Positions 12,301 to 25,498 of a DNA stretch of 64,000 nt are shown one piece after another; the first letter of the stretch is position 1, and each line of letters opens with the position of its first letter. Below the pieces are notes generated by a model, which ran no database searches, was not told where the DNA came from, and saw only the letters and a list, made by a program, of their open reading frames with translations. Origin of the DNA: Orbicella franksi (lineage: Eukaryota); NCBI GenBank assembly GCA_964199315.1, contig OZ116698.1:24552001-24616000 (forward strand). Reading direction: 5' to 3'. A program made the position numbers and the translations under genes.

Positions 12301-15245
12301 GAGTACTTGAGTGAAAAACATGTTTGGTCCCCAAACATTCCCATCAATTTTTCCTCAACACCCACCCCTTTGAACTCTACGAAAGTGTCCGAATATTCTT
12401 CAAGTGATAAAAATTTGTGGTTACTGTACATGACACCTTATTGATAAAATGTTCAATAAATAATGCTGACAAAACTGTACTTGACTAACATATAGCCATT
12501 GCTCTGTTTGTCCATTTTTTCCCTAGATGTGGACTAACCCATACCTTACATGGGATCCTAAGAAATATGGTGGGATTAAACAGATCAATATTGATCCAAA
12601 GTTAATTTGGAAACCAGACATCATCCTTTACAACAAGTAAGCTACGATAATTCCATCACTTGATCAAACCTCCCCACTAATTAGGCGTAATTGATATGCG
12701 CTTCAAGTTGTTTTCAAATGGGTATTCTTTTCATCTTTTTTCATCTTTGCAGCTTTGTAAAGATTAAAAAAACACGTTTGCAATTCGACAGCAGTTTTGC
12801 TGGTGAATTTAGCTGGGTCTGATGTATATTCTGACGTAAATGTCGATTCAAATAATGGTTGTTACCGTCAAAATGTTCAACTTGAACTCGATCGCCAGCG
12901 CTGATTTCCGTTTCGCAAACGGTCGATGCCATTCTTAACGGTCGATGCCATCATTGGTAACCAAGCCTTTCAGAATGAACGACGCCCTATCTGCATTAAT
13001 ATAGGCCTGGACAAGGTAGAAACTGGTTTTAATTTGTTGATTGAGTAAAACGCACTCGTCAAATGCTTGATTGTCCATATTCACACTGGTTTGCTTGCGG
13101 TTAGCTTTTATTTGATGGTTGGGGCAACTCTGTCACTAATATTTAATAAAGTCACGTTTTATCATTAAATTTTACGGAGATTTGGCGGAACCTGTCGCGA
13201 AATTGGCATCGACCGTTTACGAAACGGACAAGTGCATCGCCAGCTTCAGTATCTCTGTCAAACTTGAAACGCCAAAAGATCCTTTGAAAAGAAATATTAC
13301 GGTTTCATCCCAAGTGGTTACCAGGCATATAAAGTCTGGTTCCTAGATTGACGACACCAAGACTTCATTAATTACTAGGAAAATTACAACAAGTACCATT
13401 GAGGGATATCGAGTTGTTCAGTGCTAATAACAATCATCTTTTCTTTGTTTTCAAGCATTGGCTATGGTGAAACCGGTGCAATATATACTTTTGACACAAA
13501 GGCAGTGTTGAAGTACGATGGATATACTGAGTGGTTTGCTCCAACAGAGATTCACAGCATCTGCAAGATTGACATTAATTATTTCCCCTTTGATGAGCAG
13601 AGTTGCCCCCTTCGATTTGGTTCCTGGACTTATACAGGTAAAAATGTAATGCTTTGGGATGGAAGTTATTTCCCATCTAGTAAGAAAACAATTTCAAGGC
13701 ATTTGCGTTTACGAGCAGTTTCCAGAACTCCGTCTCAAATGTTACGTTTTACAGTATACCATGAAATAAAAGCTTTCGCCGCAAATAGCATGTTTCGATA
13801 AGCGACGTCAAGGAACAGCGGCTGAATATATGTGTGCGTCTGAACATGTGTGTCGGAAGCACCCGGTCGGAATGACAGTGACTGACAGTAAGTTCTTTTT
13901 CCAAAATCAGCAAACCAACCGAAAGTGATGCCGCTTACATTTATAATTTGGTTTTCGATCATTGATTTCCGACAATGGAAGACTGAAAACTAAATGAAGA
14001 AATGCGCAAATGCAAAGGAAATTTCTCATATGCCGTTCAAAACAGAAAAGAGAAGTACCTCTGGAGGTAGTCCACAATTTCCGAACGAATTTTCTGGAAA
14101 TTTCCCGATCCAGTTGACTTTCGACCGAAACTAAATGATACATGAATCTGAACTCAACATCACATTTTCCGGTTTTCCCATTTCGTTTCATTTCATTTCG
14201 AGCTTCAGTGCACCGAAAATAACCCCCTTTCGCACACGCGCTGCCACTTAGGCTCCGAGCTATCCGCATTCTTTAATCAAAGTGAGTTAAGCTACGTTTG
14301 TCGTTTTTTAACCTTTTAGGTAACAAGCTGAACCTTACCAAAAAACGTGATTCTGCAGATCTCCTCGACTACACAGTCAGCGGCGAGTGGGAATTGCTGG
14401 AGGCACCTGCGAAGCGCAATGTGCAGCTGTACAGCTGTTGCCCCCATCCCTTTATCGACATTACATACACAATCCATGTCAAACGCAGAGTGCTCTTCTA
14501 CATGATGAACCTCATCATTCCGTGCATTGTCCTGGCTGTCTTGACGGTTTTCTCGTTCTATCTGCCGCCAGAGTCAGGTGAGCGCATGGGCCTGGTCATA
14601 ACCATTCTCCTGGGTTTGACTGTGTTCATGATGGTTTTCACAGAGAACGTACCGCGCACCTCGGAGGTGACTCCACTCATTGGCAAATACACGGTGACAG
14701 TCCTGGTGCAGGTTACTGTAGCCCTACTCATCACGTGCTCTATTCTGAGAGTTTATCACCGTGATCCAGAAAGGAAGATGCCTGCCTGGTTCCGCAAGCT
14801 CATTCTGGATATCTTAGGCCCAATGCTGCTAGCCATACCGTCAGAGGAACGAGCCAAGATGAGAGAAGACGACAAGGACAAGAATATCTACATGAGGAAA
14901 GCGCAAGGACTTCCCTACGAAATCCACCCTAGTCAGAATCATATGGTAGTTTCCATGCCAAAGATCGCAAGCGCAAAGAAAAGTGACACGGAAACCGACA
15001 GCAAATGTTTCCACACGTCACCCTTGGGATCTAACATGTCACTCACACCATCGGACGAGCGAATGGAAGAAATCGTTTTTGGCATGCGCGCTATCGTTTC
15101 TCACTTGAAAGACACGCAAGAGTCAGATGCAAAGATCAATGACTGGCATCACGCAGCCGCAGTTCTGGACATCGCATTCTTCTGGATCACGGCCATCACT
15201 ATCTTGGGATCCACACTAGCGTTCTACTTTATGATTCCAAAGTAA
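9334..15245 (+). CDS. nAChR alpha-type subunit, gene 2, ~500 aa; exons 9334-9430, 11053-11195, 11715-11759, 12527-12636, 13456-13637, 14320-15245 (exon 3 acceptor reads AC, not AG)
   Basis: Exons sum to 1503 nt in frame. WKPDIILYNN, CKIDINYFPFDEQSC, GSWTY, YSCCPHPF and M1-M4 are present. Exon 1 is homologous to gene 3 exon 1 (...VVTSQG|gtag). The exon 3 acceptor is non-canonical (caacac|GAC). Confidence 0.88.
9991..10016 (-). mobile_element. Probable 3' tail of a LINE-type retroelement: AATAAA followed by (TTACTG)3 on the minus strand
   Basis: The plus strand shows (CAGTAA)3 at 9991-10008 and TTTATT at 10011-10016. The element body could not be identified. Confidence 0.35.
12906..13229. repeat. 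26-bp inverted repeat pair (2 mismatches) in intron 4 of gene 2; MITE-like
   Basis: ttccgtttcgcaaacggtcgatgcca (12906-12931) versus tggcatcgaccgtttacgaaacggac (13204-13229). Confidence 0.7.
14033..14130. mobile_element. Remnant of a palindromic MITE-like interspersed repeat
   Basis: Central palindrome TACCTC-TG-GAGGTA at 14056-14069 with ttccgaacg/ttttctggaaa flanks. The family resemblance is recalled, not searched. Confidence 0.4.
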
Positions 15246-15301
15246 CTACAAGGGGAAGCTCCTTGGCAAACCACTTTTTTTCCAAAGAGTTCTTGCCTTA
15301 A

Positions 15302-16534
15302 GGTGGCTCCCTACAGTATTAACAGTATCTACACCTGAAGAAAGATGAAGAGCTAAAAATGAATTATTTGACTGAACTTTGGGTTTAAGCTCCTGGCATT
15401 CGAAGTGAAGATTAGCAACAGACCAGGGATTTATTTTTCGTTCACATAAGCGTATCCCAGACTGTTGTCATGGCAACAACTAATCGTAAAGATAACCATT
15501 TTTTTGCTGTTTTCCACCTATTCGCTTCCCTTTCTAGATTTACCCTCGGTAAAATATTTTCATACTCGGCAGTCTAGTGAAAGCGATTTCGGACAATAGT
15601 TTAATTTGAAGAAATGTAAAGTTTATCTGGTAGATTCGTAAAAATCTTAAATTTTCTTATTTTTGATCAAACAAGAGAAAGCCCTAGATAAAATTTTGTC
15701 AAAAAATGATATTGTAAAGTAGGCATCTATATTATGAAGTATACAAACTTTCAAAAGATTTCACCAAATTAGCTACTTTGTGACGTCATAAAATCTCGAG
15801 ACGACCACGCGCGCATGCGTATCAATGGCCCTCTGGCGTCATAGGCGCGTTTGAGAGGGAGAAGAATCATGTTAATCTCGTATGCCCTTTCCTACCTACC
15901 TTAAAGCTACTTTTGGCAATATCGCGACCCATTTTTGGATATGAAAATTTAGAATAAGGAATTCTCACCCTATAGATCGTATGGCCAGCATCTTGTAAAT
16001 GAGCACATTCGATTGTTGTATTGTTGTTTTGTTATTTCCTATTTCCGAAGCGTCAATTCGTGCTCCGCGAGCTCGTTACACGACTAAACTTGTTAGGGGA
16101 AAAACATCCTGACTCATTCCAGGTTTAGTGGAATCCTCATCCCTCGTATCTTGGTTATTTGTGTCTGCTCCACAAACAACGTCAAGGACTGCAAATACAT
16201 GTGGTAATATTCTACCTTGTTTTGCTCCTTGCGCTGATCGTGACAATCGAACAAATCAGTTTCTTTGGTTGAAACTCCTACATACCCCCTACATTTCTCT
16301 TTCAAATCAAGCAGAGAAAGGTAGGGTCTTCTATTCATACGATAAATGTTTTGAAACCAGAGCCGACCCACGCAACTTTTGCGATAAGCAAATTTTGAAA
16401 ATTTGGACGCCATGTTTGTCGGCATGTTACTGCGCAATCTCGCGCGCAACTTTCGCGTGGAGTTTGAAAGTTCGCGTCATCGCACGTCTTTCGAAATCAG
16501 CTCGCGCTCGGTCAAAAAACTATAGGGAGCCACC
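15302..16534. mobile_element. Non-autonomous DNA transposon, 1233 bp, Kolobok-like (TTAA target, GG..CC ends), inserted in the 3' UTR of gene 2
   Basis: 15-bp TIRs GGTGGCTCCCTACAG (15302-15316) and CTATAGGGAGCCACC (16520-16534), 1 mismatch. Flanked by TTAA (15298-15301) and TTAG (16535-16538). No transposase ORF. The paralog gene 3 lacks it. Confidence 0.8.
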
Positions 16535-18194
16535 TTAGGGTAAAAATTTTGGTTAACTGGCGTTCTACTCTATGATTCCCAACTAACTACGGTGGGGCCG
16601 GTGGTATGGACACTTTTTCATGATATTTCACTGAAAAGAAACGTTTTTCGAAAAAAGGGCTAGTCCTTGAAATAAAAAGCAACAAGCCTGGGAGTACTAG
16701 ACATAATGTATACTAAAACGTTTACAATTTTGCACTGTTCAGTGCTGCATTTTACATGCTTAAAGTGCAGGTAAATAGATTGGGTACTGGCTTGTTATCG
16801 GCATGATGGAATGAAACATGTTTAGCCATGTTGTGACAAAGTCAGAAGTATCACTACGTGGTTACATGGCTTAACATGCTTGGTCTTCAAGAACTTAGAA
16901 TCTTTGCATCATGCCGATATCCATGGTTGCTACCCAATCAGTACAATACTCCAAATTAAATATAATACCTCTTTCTTTTTTTGGTAAAGAGAGAGGTGGC
17001 ATATAATTACTTTTTTTTTCCTTAAGAACAGAGATATTCTAACAGGGAACCCACGTCACATTTAAAAACCGCCAGTTTCCGCTTTATATTTTCAGTTGCC
17101 TATGGCTTTTTTCGGTGTATGGACGCGCCAAAAATTGCCACGCACTTTAAATTCCTACCCGGTGTGTTCAATCAACGAAATCCTCGCAATTTCCAATTAT
17201 AATTTTCAGTTAACAGGAGGCAGGAGCGATCTGCTCGCGGTATATCACATGATATGCACCAACGCATCAAAATGCTTCTATAAATAGGACCTAAAGTCAC
17301 CAGCACTTTGTTTATGATTTCCTGATTACGGTCATTATGATCAAACTCACTGGTATTAATAACTTTCAATAACAAATGCACGAGGACTAAAACAACAGCA
17401 GCTGAACCCAGGTGACGTATGCAAAAACGTCTATTGTGAGTCTATTCAATTAAATTTGTTTGGCTGAGTGATGCTGGCAAACTTGGACAATAGAGACATT
17501 CCACTGATGAAAAGGCTCCACTTAACAATTTTCTTCGCACAAAAGAACCTGTTCATTAAAGCTGTTTTGAACTTTTCATGAAGAATCTTAGAGCCGTGTT
17601 AATGTAATGGTTTGTAAATTTGCGAATAAACAAGACCTCTAGTGACCATGCCATGTTCCCTGGGGATATTCTTTTTGAAAACACGATGCGAAGCAGTGGC
17701 ACAGAAAGCAAATGATTCAGTTAATTAATACATGTACGTTAACAGGGGTTCCAGCATTGTAAGGAAAAGTGTAGCATGTGGTAACACAATACTATGGAGT
17801 GAGCATTTTGACCACAACCATGTCTGTAGGGTTCAAAAAAGCAATTCGTTCAAAAGCAGTGTAACTTTGTAAACCTAAGGAAAAGGTGTAAAAAGCCAAC
17901 AGTTCTGAATAAATAGTCAAGATAATACACAATAATACAAGTACGCTCACATCACATGAACAGTGCGACCTTTGATTACAAGCTCTGTTGGTAACAAAAC
18001 CTGTCAAGAGTTGCTAATTTGTTTTATTTCATTAAATTCTTCTTTTTGGGCGTAAATCAAACGAAACCAAGTATTCCCGCTGACAGGGTATTCCACAATG
18101 CATCTCCTGTCGTCAGAAGAGCAAATTTACATACAAAAGAATGTGAATTGTCCCTGAGTCAAACTTCGACGCATTGGATATACGTTGAAGCACG

Positions 18195-21100
18195 ATGCGC
18201 TCCGGAATGGTTATGGACGCTCCTGATTCACGGCGTTGTTTCATGATCCTCGTAACACTCATTGTTCTCTTATTAGAGGTTGTAAAATCACAAGGTAGGC
18301 ACATCATTATCATCTATTCACAATCCCTAATTTTAGCTTGCTTTCTTCTTTGTGGTTTGCGGTTCGACTTGATGTTCGTGATTATCCACTGTTTAACTGA
18401 GACTGTTTTGGAGTGAAAGATCTGTTGTTCATTTGACCGTTGTTGTACATTCATCGTTAATTTGATCACTCTTTCATTAATGCTAATGTTTTGTTTAGTT
18501 CAACAACAGACGTTTCTCGACCATTAAATAACAAACTAATACACACAGATAACACCAAGTTTCACAAGGCACTGAAGAAAAAAGCCATCCCTGACTTTTC
18601 GCTGCCATTTTGCACGTATAAACCATTCGTTTCCATGCAAACATTAGCTCGCTTATATGCAAACTCGCTAACACAGACATAACAAATACCACATTTGTAT
18701 CTTTTCACAGGTAGCCTCATATTTTATTACATACTAAGTTATTAACACGCTAACAAGATGACAAAACAAGGCCATTCAACTTTCACTGACACAGCCAGAA
18801 GAATGCAAAACAATATTCGATCTCGCTCGAGGAGCTGTTGAGCATTTTCATTCCTAACAGCCATCTTGCATGAACAAGTTTAAAGATAGATTTAATCAGT
18901 TTAAATGCATCCTCAATACTAATGACTGTATTATACTTCAGAAATTCTTAACTGAATGTCATGTTCCAGATTCAAGCCGGTCAACCCGTCATGAGAGACT
19001 CAAATATGGATGTCACCACAGCATCCATACACCAATTGGAGAATTTAAAGAAAACTCGAATAACAAATTGCTAATTACTAATTTGTTTGGCGTGATTTAT
19101 TGTTCGTTTTTTACAAATTCCCGACCATGGTTTGACAGTCCTTTGTAACTCATAGTCTTTTTCTAGGTTCACCAATAAGACGATATTTGTGAATTTTGTG
19201 AACAATAATCCACTTAAGTCACCAACTGTGATGCAGCAAGAAACCAAGAATAGAAGTACCAGCCGTAAGCCCTCGTGTTCTAATTTTAAAATCATTAAGT
19301 GGCACTGACCCATATTGAACCATGTTGAATGAGCTCAAATCATTTATCACTCTTATTGACATTGTGCCAAGGTTCAGTTCCCGGCAATGAAAACTGTTTT
19401 TTTTGCATCTCAGTAGACTGAACGTTTAGCCCGGCAGGGTTCTAAATCGTCTCAATCTTGCCCAAACTTAGCCATCCTTATTCTAGTTTGGTTTGATTAT
19501 CTCTTTGGTGTCGGTCTATTGTAATTATATAACTATCATTTCCAAGTTTCCGTCTATTTCAAGGTAATTAAATGCGTTGCAAACAATGACTTTGTTGTAA
19601 GAAACATCCTTCAAATGGGACACTGAGTGTCACCAAAACAGGTTTTAGCCGATTCTGTTCCATACGGAATAGGTTTTAAGTCAAATAAACCTCAAAAAAA
19701 TGGGTCAACACGATAGAATAATAAAACAGAAATGGCAATGACGCATTTATAGAGATGTAGTCACAGTCGGGAAAGAAAAAACGATTTACAACAATCATAA
19801 GTAATTAGTTTCGACAGTCGGGCCGAGATAAATCGAGGTTCATTTTGTCTGTTTCTTATTCTCTGGAGCGATAATCGCCAATAAAAGTGAAAGACAAAGA
19901 AGCTTAGGTAAACTAACAAGATTTTAATCTTGTCCCAATAATAGCAATAAATAGACAGTTATTAGAAGCCGTGCGTTCTAAGAAACAATGGATCCCTTGA
20001 TACTTCAAGCCATTTTGTTTCGCTACATGCACTCCAAAAAATTTTGCTTAAGACTAGAACCTCTCTTTTATCCCGCTTGAACAATGTACTATGCACACCT
20101 TAGTCTGTGAGATGCGCGTTAACTGTTTTCGCAAATATCTTAACCTCAACGTGCTAGCGCTCTTAACATACAAAGAGTATGTAAAGAAGAATGCACCGAA
20201 CACTTACAATCAGAGTATCAACTGTGTTGAAGCCGAAACAAAAATGTACTACGAACAAAAGTCTGGATATATAAGTTTCATAAAAATGGGGCTTTGTTCA
20301 TTTGTTGTATCTACGGTACTATGCAAAAGTACTGCAAACGAATTCCAACGAATTTCTGTCTTTGTTCTCCGCGAATTATCGCCGACATTTGCCGAATTCT
20401 CAGAACGAAAGGAAACGTCACAAACTTTTGCCAATGCGAACGAAAATTCAGACCAAAGGAAAATACGACTTTCGGCGAATGTGAACAAATCCTGAAGTCC
20501 ATGATGTTTTACTTTGTTCATTTTACCCACAGGTTATCACAGCGAAGATTTCGAACATAGGCTACTTCATGACTTATTCAGTGGCTACAGCAAAGAAGCC
20601 TTGCCCGTAAGGAACAAGTCAGAGGCGATTGAAGTCATGTTCGATATGGCGTATAGTCAACTTATATACCTGGTAAGGAAACTATGGACTCACATATTAA
20701 CGAGATATCTTTTCAAAATGTGATCGTTAATTATGTAAGAACGTGTGAAAATCGAACGAAAAACCCCTGATATAGAGGCAAATCTTGACTTAAGAAATAT
20801 GGTTCCAACTTTTGCGCCTACTGATCAAATCATACTATAATGTATACGGCAGGCCATGCACTGAGAATAATTATTTTTTACGAGGTACTTTTTACCGTGC
20901 TTAGTTAAGATAGCTGTAGTTAAGATGCATTTTTTATGATAAAAGAAATTACAATATAGGAAGTTAATTATGAAATGTTCAGCATGTTGTGAGCATGTGA
21001 CAAAGAAATACATGAAATATGAAAGAGTTTGCAGTTATATGAACTGAGATGGACCCTACACTTTTAAGTACAACACTTTTCAGTACAAATGCATCATGCA

Positions 21101-24100
21101 TCAAGAATTATTGTACTTCCTTTTTTTCAACAGGATAGCAAAAATCAAATACTCTCCAGTAAAGTATGGTTAAGACAGGTACAGTGTACAGTGTACTTAC
21201 ACGTATTTTAAAAGCAGAAACAAATAAAACTCTTAAAAAGCTTTAAAGTTTGTACTGAAGAAATAATGTGATGCAAGGGTGCAAAAGAAACCACCATTAT
21301 TACCCTGAAGAAAAGAACCAGAAAAACATAAACAAAAGGAACACCACTGTAATTTCATACCCCTTCAAAACTAAAACTAGCCTGTTTCTCATACATATAC
21401 AATGTACATGTATAATTAAACAATATACAATGGTAAAGAAAATTTAAAATGTAAAAGCATTACATAAGGTTCACATTGATATATATCATAATATTATAAT
21501 TGAAGGATTTCATGCAAAAAGGGCGTATATCACCCAAAAAGCGATATATGCCCTTTTTCATGAGAAGACATTTGCGAAATCCTTCAATTATATAATACAA
21601 GCTGTACATGTACATGTAATTGTAGTTGTTCTATCAGTTCAAAAACTGATAGCCAGAACATCATTCCCCTTAAAGACAATTAAGTGAGAAAATGATTGAC
21701 ACAAAAAAAAACCTTTTAACACACCCATCCCTTTTCCTTGAGTGGCCAACCATCTTGTGCAGGTTAAACTAAAGTGATTAGGAAGTACTGTATTAACCTA
21801 TCCTGCATGAAAAGACACTTTCAATTCAGTTACATGAAACACTTCTTTTTTCAATAAAACTTTGAAGAAACTGTAGAACTTCTAATAACACAGAGGTACA
21901 TCGTATTGTTTACAGTTGTTTTTTCTCATTTCTTCCTAGATGTGGACTAACCCATACCTAAAATGGGATCCTAAGAAATATGGTGGGATTGAACAGATCA
22001 ATATTGACCCAAAACTGATTTGGAAACCAGATATCATCCTTTACAACAAGTAAGCTTAGAAGAGCTCCAGAAGTAGGCTTTATAAATGATTATCTCAATT
22101 GCTCAAAATTTACCATCAAGCCCTGAAATACTATGTAACTAGTATATGTTTTGACAAAGGTGGGCTTTTCATCTTTGCTGCTTTTGGAGTTCAAATAATA
22201 ATTATTATCATGACAAATTGAAAATGTGCATGTTCATTCTTCAAAAGCAAGGATTGGAGATAAATTTAACTAGTCTGATGTAAATATGAATAAAGGCTGC
22301 TGTAGTTGAACATGAAACTTAAACTTGCCAGCTGTAAAATTCATATCAAATTCTTACTGTCATCACCAAACAGTATTCCTCGTGATCAACACAGATACAG
22401 GCATGATGAAAGTGAAAACAATTTTTCTTGCCAAAAAAATGGCAGTCAATCAAAAAATGGTATTAGAATGTTTATGTAACTCTTTATTAATAATTAATAT
22501 AACTGGTACTTGGAACTGAATCTCTCACAGAGTATAGATCTATACGAGTATACACCAAAGCTAAAAATAAATCTATGATCAAAAGACACATCTCATTCAA
22601 ATAATTGAAGCACAGTCATGATACCAATAACAAATTACTTACAAAACATCTGACTTGAAGTAAAACTATAATTTTTGTTTCGTATTTTGTTTCTATTTAA
22701 TTTAGCTTTAATTTAGAGCATTAGTATCAATTAGTCATTGTCTGTTTTGCCTATAATATTTTGTTGGTTTTAATGTCCCATACTAATAAAATACATGTAA
22801 CTCCCCTCGTCAAATTTTCAATTTTTACTAATAATATTCTCCATCTTTACTTTGCTTTCAAGTATTGGTTTTGGTGAAACAGGTGCAATATATAATTTTG
22901 ACACAAAGGCAGTGCTGAAATACAATGGTTATACCGAATGGTTTGCTCCGACAGAGATTCACAGTATCTGCAAGATTAATATTAATTATTTCCCATTTGA
23001 TGAGCAGACCTGTCCACTTGTGTTTGGTTCCTGGACTTATACAGGTGAGGATAATGCAATACAACTTGTCTTAAGAAGACGACACTGAGGTTTTGAGAAA
23101 CTCAAACCATGCACCATGCCATCCTCTGCCACACTTTTTCGAGTGTTAGGATTAAATATCTATGTTTTCGCTTTGTTTTGTTTTGTACCTTGTTATGACC
23201 CTTACACATACTATCCTGTTTGTGATACAACCTAACAACACCATAATCAGCAATGTGATTATTCAAAACAAATCATTTGCATCTGTTTTTTTTTTTTTTT
23301 ATCTTAATGTAAAATACGTTATACCAAAGAACTCTTTGTTTCACAAACCAATAGCTCTCTCGTTGGCACATGAACAACTACAGTTGATATCACTAATATC
23401 TTCACTATAGGAAATATTTCCGTGCCCTAAAACAGCACGTAACATGTAAGCTTACATGTTATGCCAAAAATTTACTTCCCTAGAAATCCCGAATGTTTGA
23501 GTGAGCGTTATCCTTAGATACGTTGGTCCGAAATAAAAAAAGTAACCATTATTGTCAAATCTCACTTCTGCAACTCAGTTCAGCTCACCTTTTATAGCGG
23601 CCATCTTGGTTTCATGCTATGTCCTTGGCTAACTGTTTCCCCTCCGGGCGATAACATGGCAGGCATTAAGTTTCTCTCCGTTCTATATGCAAAATTGATG
23701 AACAAAAGTTGTCCGTGGAGTTAGCTTCTTTGTTTCTCTTTCGAAATAACCAGGTCTCAGCAGCAATTTTAAATTTAGCGCGACCTTCGCGCTCGATGGG
23801 TCTTTTCGAAAGTGTTGGCCTGGAGCCGAAAACGTATACTCGCGAGCACTTATGGGATTGTGTGGGATTTTGTAGGGGAGGGGAGAGTGGGTGGCAGGTG
23901 GTTCTTGCAATTGCGAAAACAATTTTCCCAATTTGGCCAAGGTTTTACACAATAGCGTGAGAAAGAACTCTCGCACACGTTATTAAAATACGTAAAGATA
24001 TTTTAAAAGAAATGCTAACGAATCAACATGACGCTCAGCGCTCCATTCCATCATATTTGTTGTGTCCCTCCCCTCCCTAAATAATCCATGAAACTTCGTC

Positions 24101-25122
24101 TGGCTTCAAAGTGAGCTAAATACCTGCCTCTGCATCACAGTGTGATAAAAGCTTACACAAAAAATGCAACTTATTTTTTCTTTCTTTGCAAAATAGGTAA
24201 CAAGCTAAACCTTACCAAAAAGCGTGACTCCGCAGATCTCTCAAAATACACTGTCAGCGGCGAGTGGGAATTACTAGATGCACCTCTGAAGCGCAATGAG
24301 GAACTCTACAGCTGTTGCCCCCATCCCTTTATCGACATCACATACACAATCCATGTCAAACGTAGAGTGCTCTTCTACATGATGAACCTCATCATTCCGT
24401 GCATTGTCTTGGCGGTCTTGACGGTTTTCTCGTTCTATCTGCCGCCTGAGTCAGGTGAGCGCATGGGCCTGGTCATAACCATTCTCCTGGGATTGACCGT
24501 GTTCATGATGGTTTTCACAGAGAACGTGCCGCGCACCTCGGAGGTGACTCCACTGATTGGCAAATACTCGGTTACAGTCCTGGTACAGGTCACGGTTGCC
24601 CTAGTTATCACGTGCTCTATTCTGAGAGTTTATCACCGTGATCCAGAGAGGAAGATGCCTGCCTGGTTCCGCAAGCTCATCTTTGATATCTTAGGTCCAA
24701 TGCTGCTAGCCATGCCGTCAGAGGAACGAGCCAAGATGGCACGAGACGACAAGAACAAGAATTTCTACGTGACAAAAGTGCAGGGAAATCCTTACGAAAT
24801 CCACCGCAGTCAGAATCATCTTGTAGTTTCCATGCCAAAGATAGCGAGCCCAAAGAAAGGCGAGACAGAAACTGACAGCAAATGTTTCCACACGTCACCT
24901 TTGGGATCTAACCTGTCACTCACACCATCGGACGAGCGAATGGAAGAAATCGTTTATGGCATGCGTGCTATCGTTTCTCATTTGAAAGACACGCAAGAGT
25001 CAGATGCAAAGATCAATGACTGGCATCACGCAGCCGCAGTTCTAGACATCGCGTTCTTTTGGATCACGGCCATTACCATCTTGGGATCCACACTGGCGTT
25101 TTACTTTATGATCCCAAAGTAG
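18195..25122 (+). CDS. nAChR alpha-type subunit, gene 3, ~500 aa; exons 18195-18294, 20533-20672, 21134-21178, 21940-22049, 22863-23044, 24197-25122
   Basis: All introns are GT-AG and the CDS sums to 1503 nt. Signal peptide MRSGMVMDAPDSRRCFMILVTLIVLLLEVVKSQG; all nAChR hallmark motifs are present; close paralog of gene 2. Confidence 0.93.
21495..21592. repeat. ~100-bp fold-back (hairpin) element in intron 3 of gene 3
   Basis: Outer arms tataattgaaggatttc / gaaatccttcaattata are perfect. Inner arms aaaaagggcgtatatc / gatatatgcccttttt have 1 mismatch. Confidence 0.85.
23440..23461. repeat. 22-bp perfect palindrome TAACATGTAAGCTTACATGTTA
   Basis: Read directly; lies in intron 5 of gene 3. Confidence 0.9.
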
Positions 25123-25365
25123 CTAGAAGGGGAACCTCCTTGACAGACAATTTTTTTTTCGAAAGAGTTCTAGCCATTGGTAAAACGCTATGAATGTTCA
25201 GTAAACAAAGGTGTAGCTGACATATGGAGCTGGAACGTCACTTAAACTTGCACGGCGTTTACAATGGCACCAGTTTACTATGACTGTATTACCCTGTATT
25301 TGACAGTATTGAATCTTGCGTGCTCCATTGAAAGCAAGGATGAATAATTATTTAAAATGTAACAT

Positions 25366-25498
25366 TTCAAACGCGAGAGACAGAGTTTCATCGGGATATC
25401 CAAACACCAAGAATAGAGTTGAAAATATACGACTCGCAGCGAAGTATTTTTGAAGAGGTGTTGGGATAACCAAAGAAACACTGTCTCGAGTGTTTGAT
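25366..25498. mobile_element. Imperfect palindromic interspersed repeat (MITE/fold-back type) downstream of gene 3
   Basis: tcaaacgcgagagacagagtttcatcgggatatccaaacacc pairs imperfectly with ggtgttgggataaccaaagaaacactgtctcgagtgtttga. Confidence 0.65.

Noticed and set aside
16114-16538. Opposing ORFs inside the Kolobok-like element
   Set aside because: No DDE or zinc-finger motifs; a GC-rich subterminal sequence gives chance ORFs.
20091-20560. Five overlapping ORFs on both strands in intron 1 of gene 3
   Set aside because: Explained by a stop-poor (g)cgaa/ttcg-rich repeat; no protein motif.
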